From NCBI GenBank assembly GCA_964106645.2, contig OZ067038.1: DNA of 64,000 nucleotides. One strand, given 5' to 3'. Shown in pieces: positions 13,306-23,891 of the stretch; positions within the stretch are counted from its first letter, which is position 1, and each line of letters begins with the position of its first letter. Source of the DNA: Podarcis pityusensis. Lineage: Eukaryota. A program made the position numbers and the translations under genes. Below the pieces are notes generated by a model, which saw only the letters and a list, made by a program, of their open reading frames with translations, searched no databases and was not told where the DNA came from.

Positions 13306-13720
13306 TCAGTGTGGTGCAGAAGGTTGGGCTAGGACCTGGCAGAGCCGGATTTGAATCCCCACTTAGCCGCGAAGCTCACTGGGTGACCTTGAACCAGCCA
13401 CCATCTCTTAGCCCAGGAGTTGTCCGCCTGGTCCCTCCCGCCCACTGGTGGGCGTTTCAGGATTCTAGGTGGGCGGTAGGGGGTTCTACGGCACAAGCTG
13501 AATCCTCCTTCCATCGAGCACTGGGGGGCGGTAAGGAAACTTTACCATCAAGAAAGATGCCTTAGTAGGTGGTAGGTATAAAAAGGTTGACTACCCCTGT
13601 CTTAGCCTAACCTACCTCACAGGGTTGATGTGAAGATGAAACGAGGAGGAGAACCATGCACACCACCTTGAGATCCTTGGAAGATAAAGGTGGCATATAA
13701 ATGCAAAAAAAATAAAATAA
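13306..13720 (+). mobile_element. MIR/CORE-like SINE interrupted by a hAT MITE
   Basis: tRNA-like head GGATTTGAATCCCCACTTAGCC, ACTGGGTGACCTTG and CCTACCTCACAGGGTTG core. Confidence 0.6.
13414..13599. mobile_element. hAT (Charlie-like) MITE
   Basis: CAGGAGTTGTC...GACTACCCCTG with 8-bp TSD TCTTAGCC at 13406-13413 and 13600-13607. Confidence 0.85.
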
Positions 13721-14624
13721 TGTTCCATAAGAATTGGAGAGGGTGAGCACATTTTTAATTATCTGGAAGGCTTCTCAGAGGCCAGAATGGGAAGCAGAAT
13801 ACTGGAACAGATAGACCTAAGAGTGAGGAGTGGAGTGGCTACAAACCATCCCATAATATACACCACAGTGATAAATGCAACACCCTCAGAGAAGCAACAA
13901 AACAAAGCATTAAAATCAGTAAATGGGGTTCTTCCATAGTGGTGGCAGTAGCGGCGTGAAGGGCCAGATGTTACAGTAAGTCCAGACTGCCTCTTCCTTG
14001 GGTGTTGGCTCTGCTCCCTGCTTTACACAGGGCCGTCCTCTGTTTGAAGGCCTGTTTAGTCCAAGTCTGGTTAAAGAGAAGAAACCTATTGGTAGCATCC
14101 GGACAGCAGAGCAAGCCCACAGTTCACCCGGTCACAGTTCTTCCTCTATGGTGAGATATATTGTAATTCTATTACAGTGATTTTTCTATATTTCTATCTA
14201 TTTATATTAAATCAGCACATGCAGATCTGTGCAGTCTTTTTTACTCTTTTCTGATGATGCATAAGTGGCTACTTTGCTCCCAGCTGCTCAAACTGCCTAC
14301 ACTGCACTGATGCAGTCTGTATTGGCACTGAGTGTTATCTCTGCATACCAGGAAGCATACCTTGCAGTGGGTATTTCAGGCTGTGGAGGATGGGATGTCC
14401 TCACTTTGGCCCAAGATGCTAATGGTCCCTTGGCTAGCTGGCTGACCAGATTTGGCTGGTCTTTCCTTGCAAGCAGTGGGAATAGGAGGACCAGCAGTTA
14501 AAGTCCAATATGACAGTCCCTGCTAATAGCTGTCCAGCTGACACTTAAATAGCCTTTGCTCACACTGCCTCTTCTATCCCTCTGGGAATGGCTTTTGATC
14601 AATTGCTGCTGCTGCTGCTGCTGT

Positions 14625-15345
14625 CGTCGTCATCCATCTGTCTCAAGAGACAGTGGGTTGCTCCTCCACAGGTGAAGTCAAACTGCTGCGTTAGCAGCAC
14701 CAAAGTGGCCTCTGCAGGGTGCAAGCCTGGGCACTGTGTATGGAGGTCCTCAGCTGCCCAGATGACCCTGCCCTCAGCCTTGCTGATGTGGCCCAAAGAG
14801 AGAGCAAGACGTTTGGCACCAGCTTGGTGGGAGGAGGCATATAAGGGGCACAAGGCACCATCCAACTGCCTTAGGACATCTACTCTGGATTTGTACAGGG
14901 TTTACTCCTTAGCCTTTTCTTCTCCCAAAGATATCTCACAAGGCAGTGGAGGTTTAGGATCAGAGTTTTCCTTCTCCTAGATGGGCTACCTAGTTGACAA
15001 GCCCTATCTGCTCCTCATGTCTCTCTACAGCACATGCAGAAATCGTCTTCTTGACCATTGGACTCACTGTTGTTCTCATCTGCACAATCCACCAGAGCCT
15101 TGTCTTCACCTGCAGGGGAAGTCCCTAACTCACCAAGGGTTTGAGACCCATCAGCTACCCTCACCTGGTTTAGCCAGCCAGTCGAAACCGTTCCTTGGGG
15201 TGTGGCTCCTGTTGCATGCTGACAGCTCTAGGAGCCACAGGTGAGAACTGAGTGCAGGGTGGGGATGAAAGGTGGACAAACTACCCCAGAAGGAGCATGA
15301 TGTGTCCCCCACCAGAGGTACTACCCCTCCGCTAACACCCCATAC
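14625..15345. mobile_element. RTE-related non-autonomous repeat
   Basis: Same sequence recurs at 42775-43670 (partly inverted). RTE assignment is from recall of squamate RTE 5'UTR-like repeats. Confidence 0.5.
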
Positions 15346-17593
15346 ATCCTGGCATTCTATCAACCATATGTAAATAGGCCAGGCTGAAGGGTACTCTTGG
15401 ATTCCCCAGTTTGCAGCTCTCTTCAGGAAGAAGTCAGCTCCTGCCCCAGACTTTGCATCTCCCTAATGTAAAGAACTGGTTTACTTGACCAGACAGAGAA
15501 GGGGCAGATGACAGGAAGGAAGGGTTTTATGGTATTATATTTTATTTTTTAATCCATGTTATAGCCTTTCAAATGTTTTTAAAAACTATATATTTAAATT
15601 CTGTTTTTAAATTGTGTGGCTTTTTTTTTTTAAAAAAAAAGCAAAAATAAAATTATGAAACTGATAAACTGAGAATGACAAATAATTCTCCTTTACCCAC
15701 CTGTTTTCTACAGGTCTGCAGTACAAAAGCTTCCCCCACTTATCAGCTCCTTAGACTCCTTCTTTGTGCTGTTTTGTGCGTGTGCAGTTGAGATTTATTT
15801 TTTTTAAGTTTGAAGAAGGTCTGCCAAGCATAATTAATATTCCTCCTCCACATTCACATTACCATTTCTCCTGACAGTAAAAATTAAAGCATCCAGTTCT
15901 ATTCATTCAGCCCCAGCCCACGGGAATTCAGTCACACAGGAAGACTTATGAGGAAGCCAAAGGTTTGTAGATCTGCAGTCAGTCAGTCAGCCAGCCAGTC
16001 AGTCATGGCGCTGCACTCATTCAGTTACTTTTGTGGACGAAGTGTCTCTTACTCCATCCGGATTGGGTGTTTGCCAGTGACACTCCTGAGCCTTGCTCAG
16101 AGAGAATGGCAGCCTTGAGAAAGCCATGCACTAGTGATTCAGTTCCCCTCTTTCTTATGATAGGAACAGCTGCCGTATTGTTGCAGTCTTCCTTGTACCA
16201 GGGAGCGTTGCCATGGGCACTGCTGCCAAGGAGCACAGAGCAGTGAATAAGAGAGGCTGTCCCCAAACCTTCAAAACTAAACCTACTTATTATACTGTGT
16301 ATTTTGTTTCAAATAACCTTTTGCCATGGGAGAAAGTTTTATTCTTGTTCTAAACATTGTTGACAGATGTATAATTCGGCTACTTAAATAGATGTTTAAT
16401 AACCAGGGAGAAGATGCCGCTAAACATTCTACTTAACATCAGGCTTATTTTCTGTGATTATTAAAATGTCATTCATTGCACTGCATTATCAGTTTTCACA
16501 GGACTTAATTTGTCAAGCATTCAAAAAGAAGATCACACAAACATTTTACAGATGTGCGTGCGCATTTGCTGAATTCTTGCCAGTAAGTAAAATAAAAAGT
16601 AAATCTGGGAGATGTTAAAGACGTCTTGCAGGTGATAAAGAGGTTGTGGCGGTGGCAACATCAAGCGCATTTGCCAAGTAAATAGCTTATCCAGATTATA
16701 AATGAATATTTACCCAACTGCACCATGACCTTTAACTGAGTCTGCGTCCAAAGACACTGTCATCAAACAAGTAAGAGTAAATAACAGTAGGAATAACAGT
16801 CATGCTGTCGGCTGCGGGGAGAATGTTAGATGGCTAGGCATTCCAGCACTGGAGAGTGGACCAGCTTTGGAAACAATTAAATTAATATTAAAACGTTCTT
16901 AGCATGGCAGAACATTGCAACACAGGAAAGGCTGTGACTTTCAGTTTAGAAGAAAGGCGGACGTGAATGAGGTTTATAACATAATTGGTTTGGAGAGAAA
17001 GAGGTTTCACCCTTTCCTAAGACTAGAACTTAGGTTCAGAATGAAGCTGATGGCCTGTAGCTTCAGGACATAGAACTCAATAGCCCAAGAGGTACAGCTA
17101 CGAGGTGTTTGTTGTTGTTTGTTGTGTGGAATTAGACAACTTCAGGGAACATTCTGTGCTTAATCACTGAACAGAAAGAACGTGTGTCTGAATAGAAACA
17201 TAGGAAGCATAAGATGCTGCCTTATATCAGGTCAGAGCAGTGGCCCATTTAGCTCACTGCCGTCCACACTGGGAGTAGCCAACATGGCGCCCTCCATTGA
17301 TTGGTGGGGCTACACTGTGTTGGAAGTGTTTAGAAATGTGGTAGCTATGTAAACATGCAAAAAAAAAAAAAAAGGAAGATGGTATATGAGGAATTAAAAA
17401 AAAAATGTTCCTCACATTCCAAAAAAAAAAAAAAACCCCAGAAGGCTTTCTTCTAGCTATAATAGGAAAGGAGAAAAGAAAGGAAAGGACACATTTTATT
17501 TTTTGCAATGCAACAGCAGCCCCAATAGCAGTTTATGCAAGAAACTGGAAAGAAAAGGTTATCCTGACAAAAGACCAATGGTTGCATAAATTA

Positions 17594-17810
17594 CAGTGGT
17601 ACCTCAGGTTAAGTACTTAATTCGTTCTGGAGGTCCGTTCTTAACATGAAACTGTTCTTAACCTGAAGCACCACTTTAGCTAATGGGGCCTGCCGCGCCG
17701 CCGGAGCATGATTTCTGTTCTCATCCTGAAGCAAAGTTCTTAACCTGAAGCACTATTTCTGGCTTAGTGGAGTGTGTAACCTGAAGCATATGTAACCTGA
17801 GGTACCACTG
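17594..17810. mobile_element. Tigger/pogo-type MITE
   Basis: Perfect 18-bp TIR CAGTGGTACCTCAGGTTA and TA TSD. Confidence 0.92.
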
Positions 17811-17915
17811 TAATAGAATTTGCAGATGGCTAAAATAAGGAACTAGCTAGAGAGGAAGATAAGGAGCAAGTGGTAATGTCTTGGAGAATACTTAAAAATA
17901 TATGGCATTACTGTA

Positions 17916-18271
17916 CAGTGGTGCCTCGCAAGACGAAATTAATTCGTTCCGCGAGTTTTTTCGTCTTGCGGTTTTTTTTCGTCTTGCAAAGCACGGTGTC
18001 GGAAAAGTTTTGGAAAAGCTTCAAAAATCACCAAAGTCTTCAAAAACCTCAAAAAAGGCTACCACACCACGTGCTATGAGTTGCTCCTCGAAGTCAAGTC
18101 GCAACTGTATTAACGGTTTTAAGAAAAAGGAAACAAACTTGCAAGACGTTTCCGTCTTGCTAAGCAAGCCCATAGGGAAAATTGTCTTGCGAAGCAACTC
18201 AAAAAACCAAAAACCCTTTCGTTTTGCGGGTTTTCCGTCTTGCGAGGCATTCGTCTTGCGAGGTACCACTG
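17916..18271. mobile_element. Tigger/pogo-type MITE (short form of the 33167-34000 family)
   Basis: TA|CAGTGGTGCCTCGCAAGACGAA...TTCGTCTTGCGAGGTACCACTG|TA; internal CGTCTTGC repeats. Confidence 0.92.
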
Positions 18272-18707
18272 TAAATATAATCTGCAAGTAGGGACAAACC
18301 TTTGAAGAGCAGTTGACAAAACAAGGGAAGTGAAGGGACGAAATGGAGTGGAGAAACTAACGGAGATGCAGCCAACTCAGGATGTCACTGAAGGATAGGA
18401 TGGGAAGTCTGCTTGGGAAGATGGGAAGATTATAAATGTATGTAAAATAAAAACTGGAAATGCATAGATATAAATAAATAAGAATGTTTTTTGTGGGGCT
18501 ACAACTCCCGCCTTTCCTGTCCATTGGCCATGCTAGATCAATATTGTCTACGGGAGTAATAATAATAATAATAATAATTTATTACGGCCGTAGGCCCATA
18601 CAGATAAAAACAAGACATAAATAACAGCCTGTGCACGTGGGAAAAAACAGCCGCTAAAACACTACTATAACAATAAAATACTATAAGATGGAATGGCATA
18701 CTACGCC

Positions 18708-21700
18708 TTAATTAGCTTGTGGTGCTCCTTGGCAACGCTTTTGGGTAAGGACAGCGACCAGGAACCTAGCCACTTTCAGGGTCGTATGGGTATCCTTATC
18801 CTGCAAGATTTGGGCAAGGTGGAATTTTGGTGGAGTACCCTCTAGTTTCTGTATGATTGATCCCAACAAATTTGCCCGTGGCACCTTGAATAAGGGGCAA
18901 GTGAACATAATGTGCTGAAGCGACTCCGGCGTCTCCTTATCACATTCGCACATGGCGGAGGCTTGGCCCTTTGAGAATCTATGTCTCAGGACATTGGAGG
19001 GAAAAACATTAAACCTCGCTTTGGTGAAGGCCAGCCTATGGGCAACAGTCGAAAGGGAGGAGAGGTATGATGGAACGCAGTAAGTTAAAGTGATACCAAT
19101 GTTCTGGGGCGAACAAACACCTCCCCCCAGCATATAATTTCGCTGTAAATCGATGTCATCCAGTCTTTGGCGGATCAGTCTTTGAGCAGTGATTTGATCT
19201 AGTTTTAGGGAATCTAAGGGAGAGATTCCATAGCTCAGGAGTTTGGCATGAATTCTACTGGTCCAAAGGCTGGAGAATTCATCTCGCCATAAGCATTGGG
19301 CAAGGTAATGGTCTGGTAATCTATGCCACAATGATAACCAATAGTTGAAGACTTGCTTCCACAGGCAAGTTTCTAAGGATGCGATCTTCAATTCTAGTCG
19401 CATGGCTGCGTTGCTTACGCACAGGGGGAGCATTAGGAGCCGACGTAGGAATTGGTTTTGCAGAGTCTCAAGAGGAGCAAGGTCTGTCATCACGGCCCAG
19501 AGCGGGGCAGCATAAGCAAGCACAGGAACCACTTTTGCCTTGAACACCTTTAGGGCCGAGGGAACATGCAAAGCTCCATCCGAAAAGAAAAATCGGAGGA
19601 GCGCATATGACAGAGTTTTGGCCTTGTTAAGTAGGTGTTGAATATGTGCTTTCCACCCCAAATTGTATTGAAAAATAACTCCTAGGTATTGAAATTTTAG
19701 GACTTGCTCTATTTTTGCTCCACCAAGCTTCCATTCGTATAATCTCCGACTTCTGGCGAAAATCAGAATCTTAGATTTAGCATGATTGATGGTTAATTGG
19801 TTGAGTTGACAATACGTGGCAAAGATCTTCAGAGCTCTGGTTAGTCCAACACGTGTATAAGATAGAATTACCGCGTCGTCCGCATATAAAAGGAGTGGAC
19901 AGCGGTAATCCGCTAGTCTAGGCGCATGTGTACTTGGAGATGAGTTGACTAGGGGTGCTCGCATGTCGCTGATGAATAGATTGAATAGGCAGGGAGCCAA
20001 TATACATCCTTGGCGCACTCCCTTGTTTATTGGTATCGAATTTGTGAGGTCGCCCGCAGGAGTAAGTCTCACTCTGGCAAGGGTACCTTCGTGGAGCTGA
20101 CTTATAAGCCATAAGAGTCTTCTATCGATGCCCTGTTTCGCAAGTTTCTCCCAAAGAATATTTCTAGGAACGCTGTCAAAGGCTGCCTTAAGATCTAAGA
20201 AAGCAGCACACAGGTAGCCCCGGGGAGGGGAGGAGTACTTCCGTGCCAGATGGTAAAGAACTATCGCATGATCAGTTGTAGAGCGTTTAATTCTGAACCC
20301 TGCTTGTTCGTGGCCAATCTGGTTAGTCTCATCTACCCATCGCAATAGTTTTGTCAGCAAAAAGCTGGCATAAATTTTCCCTATGATCGAAAGGAGGCTG
20401 ATGTTACGGTAATTTTCCGGCTCCATTGGAGAACCTTTTTTATGAATTGGTACTATAATGGCCTCCTTCCATATTTTGGGGATGAGACCAGAAGCGTTGA
20501 TTGCGTCGAAGGTTTTGGCCAAGATGCCAGCCCACCATTTTGGGTGTAGTTTGATGGCTTCAGCAGGGATCAGGTCGGGCCCTGGGGCTTTGCCCGATTT
20601 CAGCTGGGCTATTAGCTTGGCTATTTCGTCAGGATCGGTGGGAGGCCAAATAGGTAGGTGGGAAAACAGATGCATCAGATGGTCGGAGGGAGCATCTGCC
20701 TGTGAGAAACATTTCTTCAGGAACAATTCCCATGTCGGTGCAGGGATGACTGCCCTTGGGTATTTCCTCACCCTTCTGTTAATCAGAGACCAGAATTCCC
20801 TGGATCTATGTGATTTTGAAGCAGTAATCAAGGCCTGCCAGCGATTATGTTGCCACTCACGTTTGGCAATTTTCTGTGTGCGTTTGTAAACTTGCTTGGC
20901 TTGTGCATAACTAGCTGGCAGAGTAGATGCATCGGAGGTCTTATATACATTATATATAGCACGAAGGCGCTGTCTTGCTTGTTTGCACTGAGAGTTATAC
21001 CAGGGGGCACCGTAAGTATACTCGTTTCGATTTAATATTTTGGGTGGTAACCTGAAGAAGGACGTAAGATCAGTCGTATGATGGTGGAAGCGTTTCAACA
21101 CTATGCTATGCTCGTCTGAGGCAGAGCCTATGTAGGGATGGGGCCCGAGGATTTCTTTTTGAAAGAATTCCTGATACCTTTGAGCCTGGGTCTCCGACCA
21201 TTTGATTCCTCTTACTTGGAGAGATACGTTGGTTACCATCTGGGTCGCATGTCTATAGGCCTCCGACTGCCAATTCAGGGAAAGCTTGGCTACAAGGGGA
21301 AGATGATCACTAGATTGTACATTCTCGATCTTAAAGGTGGAAATACACTTAAGTAGATCACTGGAGACCAGCAGGTAATCGAGGACGCTGTTTGATTTAA
21401 CACTCAGGTGAGTGAAATCCCCTGGAATATCAGGGAGGCATGTGCGATTTAGGGGGACCAGATTTAAACGGATGGCCATTTGGTAGAGGAATACTCCAGC
21501 CTCATTAACTCGTTGGTCTTTAGAAGTTCTCCTCATGATATGTTCCAGATCATAATTATCAAGGTTTGGGATAACCCACCATTTGGCTTTGGTCAGCGAG
21601 TCCCAATTTGCTGCTGTGCGGGCATTAAAATCGCCACCTATTATGGCCGGGGTGTTAGGAAACTTGACATAGCATGAGAGCAAATGCTCTTCTAGCGAGC

Positions 21701-22091
21701 CCCATTTAGAGCCCAGTTCGGAGGAAGAACCCCCGGGTGGCAAGTAAACATTTGTAACTAGAAGTGAGATCTTTTCCCCCGCAATCAGCCCGGTAAGGGC
21801 GTAAGGAGGCAAGGCCTGTACTAGAGTAAATTTAGAATGTAAGTTGAGGGAGATGCCTATTATTAGGCCCCCTTTAGGGCGGCCTCCTTTCAGGGAGGGG
21901 CAGGCAGGGAGTTCTAGAAGCTCAAAGCCATTTAGATCAATTCTCTCTACTTCCCACGATTCTTGGAACAAGATGATATGAAACAGGTTAATATACTCCA
22001 AGAATTCTGGGTCAAGTTTTTTCCCCCTCCAGCCCGCAATGTTCCAGCTGAGGACTGATAGGGGGGAGTTCCTGTTGTAACCAATTCGCTG
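18708..22091 (-). CDS. LINE ORF2: APE endonuclease + reverse transcriptase + C-terminal CCHC zinc knuckle (no own AUG before the endonuclease)
   Basis: APE motifs SWNIAG, FQESW, YLPP, GDFNAR, LDY, SDHLP. RT motifs QAGFR, FLDLKAAFDSV, GVRQGCILAPCLFNLF, YADD, YLGV. C-terminal CECDKETPESLQHIMFTC. Open from the codon after the ORF1 stop (1127 codons). Confidence 0.93.
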   Translation of the reverse strand, partial: QRIGYNRNSPLSVLSWNIAGWRGKKLDPEFLEYINLFHIILFQESWEVERIDLNGFELLELPACPSLKGGRPKGGLIIGISLNLHSKFTLVQALPPYALTGLIAGEKISLLVTNVYLPPGGSSSELGSKWGSLEEHLLSCYVKFPNTPAIIGGDFNARTAANWDSLTKAKWWVIPNLDNYDLEHIMRRTSKDQRVNEAGVFLYQMAIRLNLVPLNRTCLPDIPGDFTHLSVKSNSVLDYLLVSSDLLKCISTFKIENVQSSDHLPLVAKLSLNWQSEAYRHATQMVTNVSLQVRGIKWSETQAQRYQEFFQKEILGPHPYIGSASDEHSIVLKRFHHHTTDLTSFFRLPPKILNRNEYTYGAPWYNSQCKQARQRLRAIYNVYKTSDASTLPASYAQAKQVYKRTQKIAKREWQHNRWQALITASKSHRSREFWSLINRRVRKYPRAVIPAPTWELFLKKCFSQADAPSDHLMHLFSHLPIWPPTDPDEIAKLIAQLKSGKAPGPDLIPAEAIKLHPKWWAGILAKTFDAINASGLIPKIWKEAIIVPIHKKGSPMEPENYRNISLLSIIGKIYASFLLTKLLRWVDETNQIGHEQAGFRIKRSTTDHAIVLYHLARKYSSPPRGYLCAAFLDLKAAFDSVPRNILWEKLAKQGIDRRLLWLISQLHEGTLARVRLTPAGDLTNSIPINKGVRQGCILAPCLFNLFISDMRAPLVNSSPSTHAPRLADYRCPLLLYADDAVILSYTRVGLTRALKIFATYCQLNQLTINHAKSKILIFARSRRLYEWKLGGAKIEQVLKFQYLGVIFQYNLGWKAHIQHLLNKAKTLSYALLRFFFSDGALHVPSALKVFKAKVVPVLAYAAPLWAVMTDLAPLETLQNQFLRRLLMLPLCVSNAAMRLELKIASLETCLWKQVFNYWLSLWHRLPDHYLAQCLWRDEFSSLWTSRIHAKLLSYGISPLDSLKLDQITAQRLIRQRLDDIDLQRNYMLGGGVCSPQNIGITLTYCVPSYLSSLSTVAHRLAFTKARFNVFPSNVLRHRFSKGQASAMCECDKETPESLQHIMFTCPLFKVPRANLLGSIIQKLEGTPPKFHLAQILQDKDTHTTLKVARFLVAVLTQKRCQGAPQAN

Positions 22092-23891
22092 TCATTTCGG
22101 GGAGGGATGTGAGTCCTTTGGAGGCAAGGCAGACCCCACGAAAAAGTCAGTTATTTTACTTTGCATAGCAGGCACCTGCTGAAGGTACCTAGTCTTGAAG
22201 TTGGTAGTGAGGTATTCTGACTGGGGCGACAAAACGGGTCTCCCGCTGGCTAACCCAAGGGCGGACACTTCAGTGGGAAACTCCACAGGATTTGCTGAGA
22301 CTGCCCCACCGCAAGGTCTAAAGGTCGCCGATGAAACCATTTGGTTTATATGTCCGGTCGGGTCTTCAATCAAATCCGGGCCATTTTTTGATGTAGGTGG
22401 GACACTCCCCTGACCTGATGCTGGCAAAGGTACAGGGGATGTTCGGCGTACTGGTACCGTTTGTATGTCGGGTCTATGCCGCTCAGGGGAGTATGAGGAC
22501 TCCAGTTCCGGCATTGATGGATTAGATGGTAAGGAGTTGTTTTGGTGGAAGGAACTCTGAGTTACACTCCTCAGCGGGGGACTCTTGGAGGGCGAGTCAA
22601 AATTTATCAAGAGTTGGGATGAGGGGCCAACTTGAGAGGCAAAACCTGGGTCTGCCAAGCGTCGGTGGGTTTTGCCCACAAGTGGGGGAGGCATGGGTTT
22701 AGGAGCTGGACTAAGGTATGGAAGACTTCCTGCTTCCTTAAACCACGACTCCGAAAAGCTGGCAGAGTTATCCTGAAAAGTGGGCAGGACTTTTCCATTC
22801 TTCTGGACATGTATGAGCTGATGATTAAGTACTTCTAGTCTATCAATTATTTCTTGTTGTTCTCTCGGTGGAAGGTCGCCAAAGGTGGCTAAAAGCTCTC
22901 TTTCCTCCGGCGGGGTCAGAGAATTACTTGCGCCAGTGGGTTTCTTTAGAGCTCGTGGGGACGTAGGGTGAGTCCAGTTTCGGTGCGGATGGATATCCTC
23001 CAGGAGAGGAGGCTCGATGTCCCGAGGTACTCCCGACCTCTCCGACAGAGTCCACTCCGTACCGTGACCAGCAAGTAGGAGGGGGTGGATCATGCTATCC
23101 ATAAAAACTCTTGTTGGGATGATATCGTACCTTGCCAAGAGTGGTTTCTGCCTGATGATAGCTGAAGGGATCCTTGGAGAGTAAAACGCAAGCATCACTT
23201 TCTGTTGCCCGAGGTGCTGGTTCAAAGGTAATACTGCAATGAGATCGCATTGTGAGATTTCTATGTTTAGGAGATTGCTTAGGTGCTTTTTAACCCCACT
23301 CAGAGTAAGCCACCTTGGTGACCCTGCCCCAATGTTTAGGCAGATTTTCTTAGGTTGCAGGGACAATGCTTGATGTTTCAGTGCAGGATTTGGTTTATAT
23401 TTAGGGATCACACTTCTTTTTTTGGTAGAAGGCAAGGACCTCTGGCACTTCAATTCCCCCGTATCTACAGTTGGTTTAAACTTTGACCAGAAGTTATCCA
23501 TTTTCTGTTCGAGGTTACATAACTGGGAGGCTAGCACATCAATCTTCTTGAATATGCAATTAAGGGTTCTGACCACAAGATGGAGATGTTCATGTTGTTC
23601 TTGTCTTGCGCAGTCCTCAGTTCCAGCGTCCTGCACCACCCTCAATGGGACACTCCCTCTTCCTCCAAGCTTGCCGTCCGCAGTTTTAGTCTGAGGTAAA
23701 AATAATTCCTCTGGTGTTGACATTGTTTCTTGAGACATTAGAGGGTAGAAACGGTTCTGAGTTTTCACCCTATAGCAGAGTTCAATGGGGTCACTCCGTT
23801 TGTCAGACACGGGGGGGTCGATTTTTAATTGTTTGGCTCTTGGGGAGGGCAGAGCCTCGTCACAATCCCTTAGGCGTTTGCCTTGGCCCAT
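22092..23891 (-). CDS. LINE ORF1 protein (599 aa from ATG 23891)
   Basis: Good Kozak context (ACG ATG G), NRFYPL motif, predicted coiled coil LNCIFKKIDVLASQLCNLEQKMD, Pro/Ser-rich C-terminal half, QSKITDFF near the end. The ORF-track start at 23957 is a TTG. Confidence 0.8.
   Translation of the reverse strand: MGQGKRLRDCDEALPSPRAKQLKIDPPVSDKRSDPIELCYRVKTQNRFYPLMSQETMSTPEELFLPQTKTADGKLGGRGSVPLRVVQDAGTEDCARQEQHEHLHLVVRTLNCIFKKIDVLASQLCNLEQKMDNFWSKFKPTVDTGELKCQRSLPSTKKRSVIPKYKPNPALKHQALSLQPKKICLNIGAGSPRWLTLSGVKKHLSNLLNIEISQCDLIAVLPLNQHLGQQKVMLAFYSPRIPSAIIRQKPLLARYDIIPTRVFMDSMIHPLLLAGHGTEWTLSERSGVPRDIEPPLLEDIHPHRNWTHPTSPRALKKPTGASNSLTPPEERELLATFGDLPPREQQEIIDRLEVLNHQLIHVQKNGKVLPTFQDNSASFSESWFKEAGSLPYLSPAPKPMPPPLVGKTHRRLADPGFASQVGPSSQLLINFDSPSKSPPLRSVTQSSFHQNNSLPSNPSMPELESSYSPERHRPDIQTVPVRRTSPVPLPASGQGSVPPTSKNGPDLIEDPTGHINQMVSSATFRPCGGAVSANPVEFPTEVSALGLASGRPVLSPQSEYLTTNFKTRYLQQVPAMQSKITDFFVGSALPPKDSHPSPK

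Larger units (their letters stand above)
17330..18480 (+). mobile_element. L1 3'-end fragment interrupted by two MITEs
   Basis: ORF2 C-terminal remnant PEGFLLAIIGKE...ATAAPIAVYARNWKE...WLHKL and A-rich 3' end TAAATAAATAA. Confidence 0.7.

Noticed and set aside
17902-18291. ORFs in MITEs (also 33447-34050)
   Set aside because: Chance ORFs in non-autonomous elements with no transposase motifs.
22012-22095. AUGA stop-start reinitiation or frameshift at GGGGAAAAAAC as the route to ORF2
   Set aside because: The overlapping AUG is out of frame with ORF2, and the slippery run lies after the conserved SWNIAG motif, so that motif would be lost; in-frame readthrough fits better.
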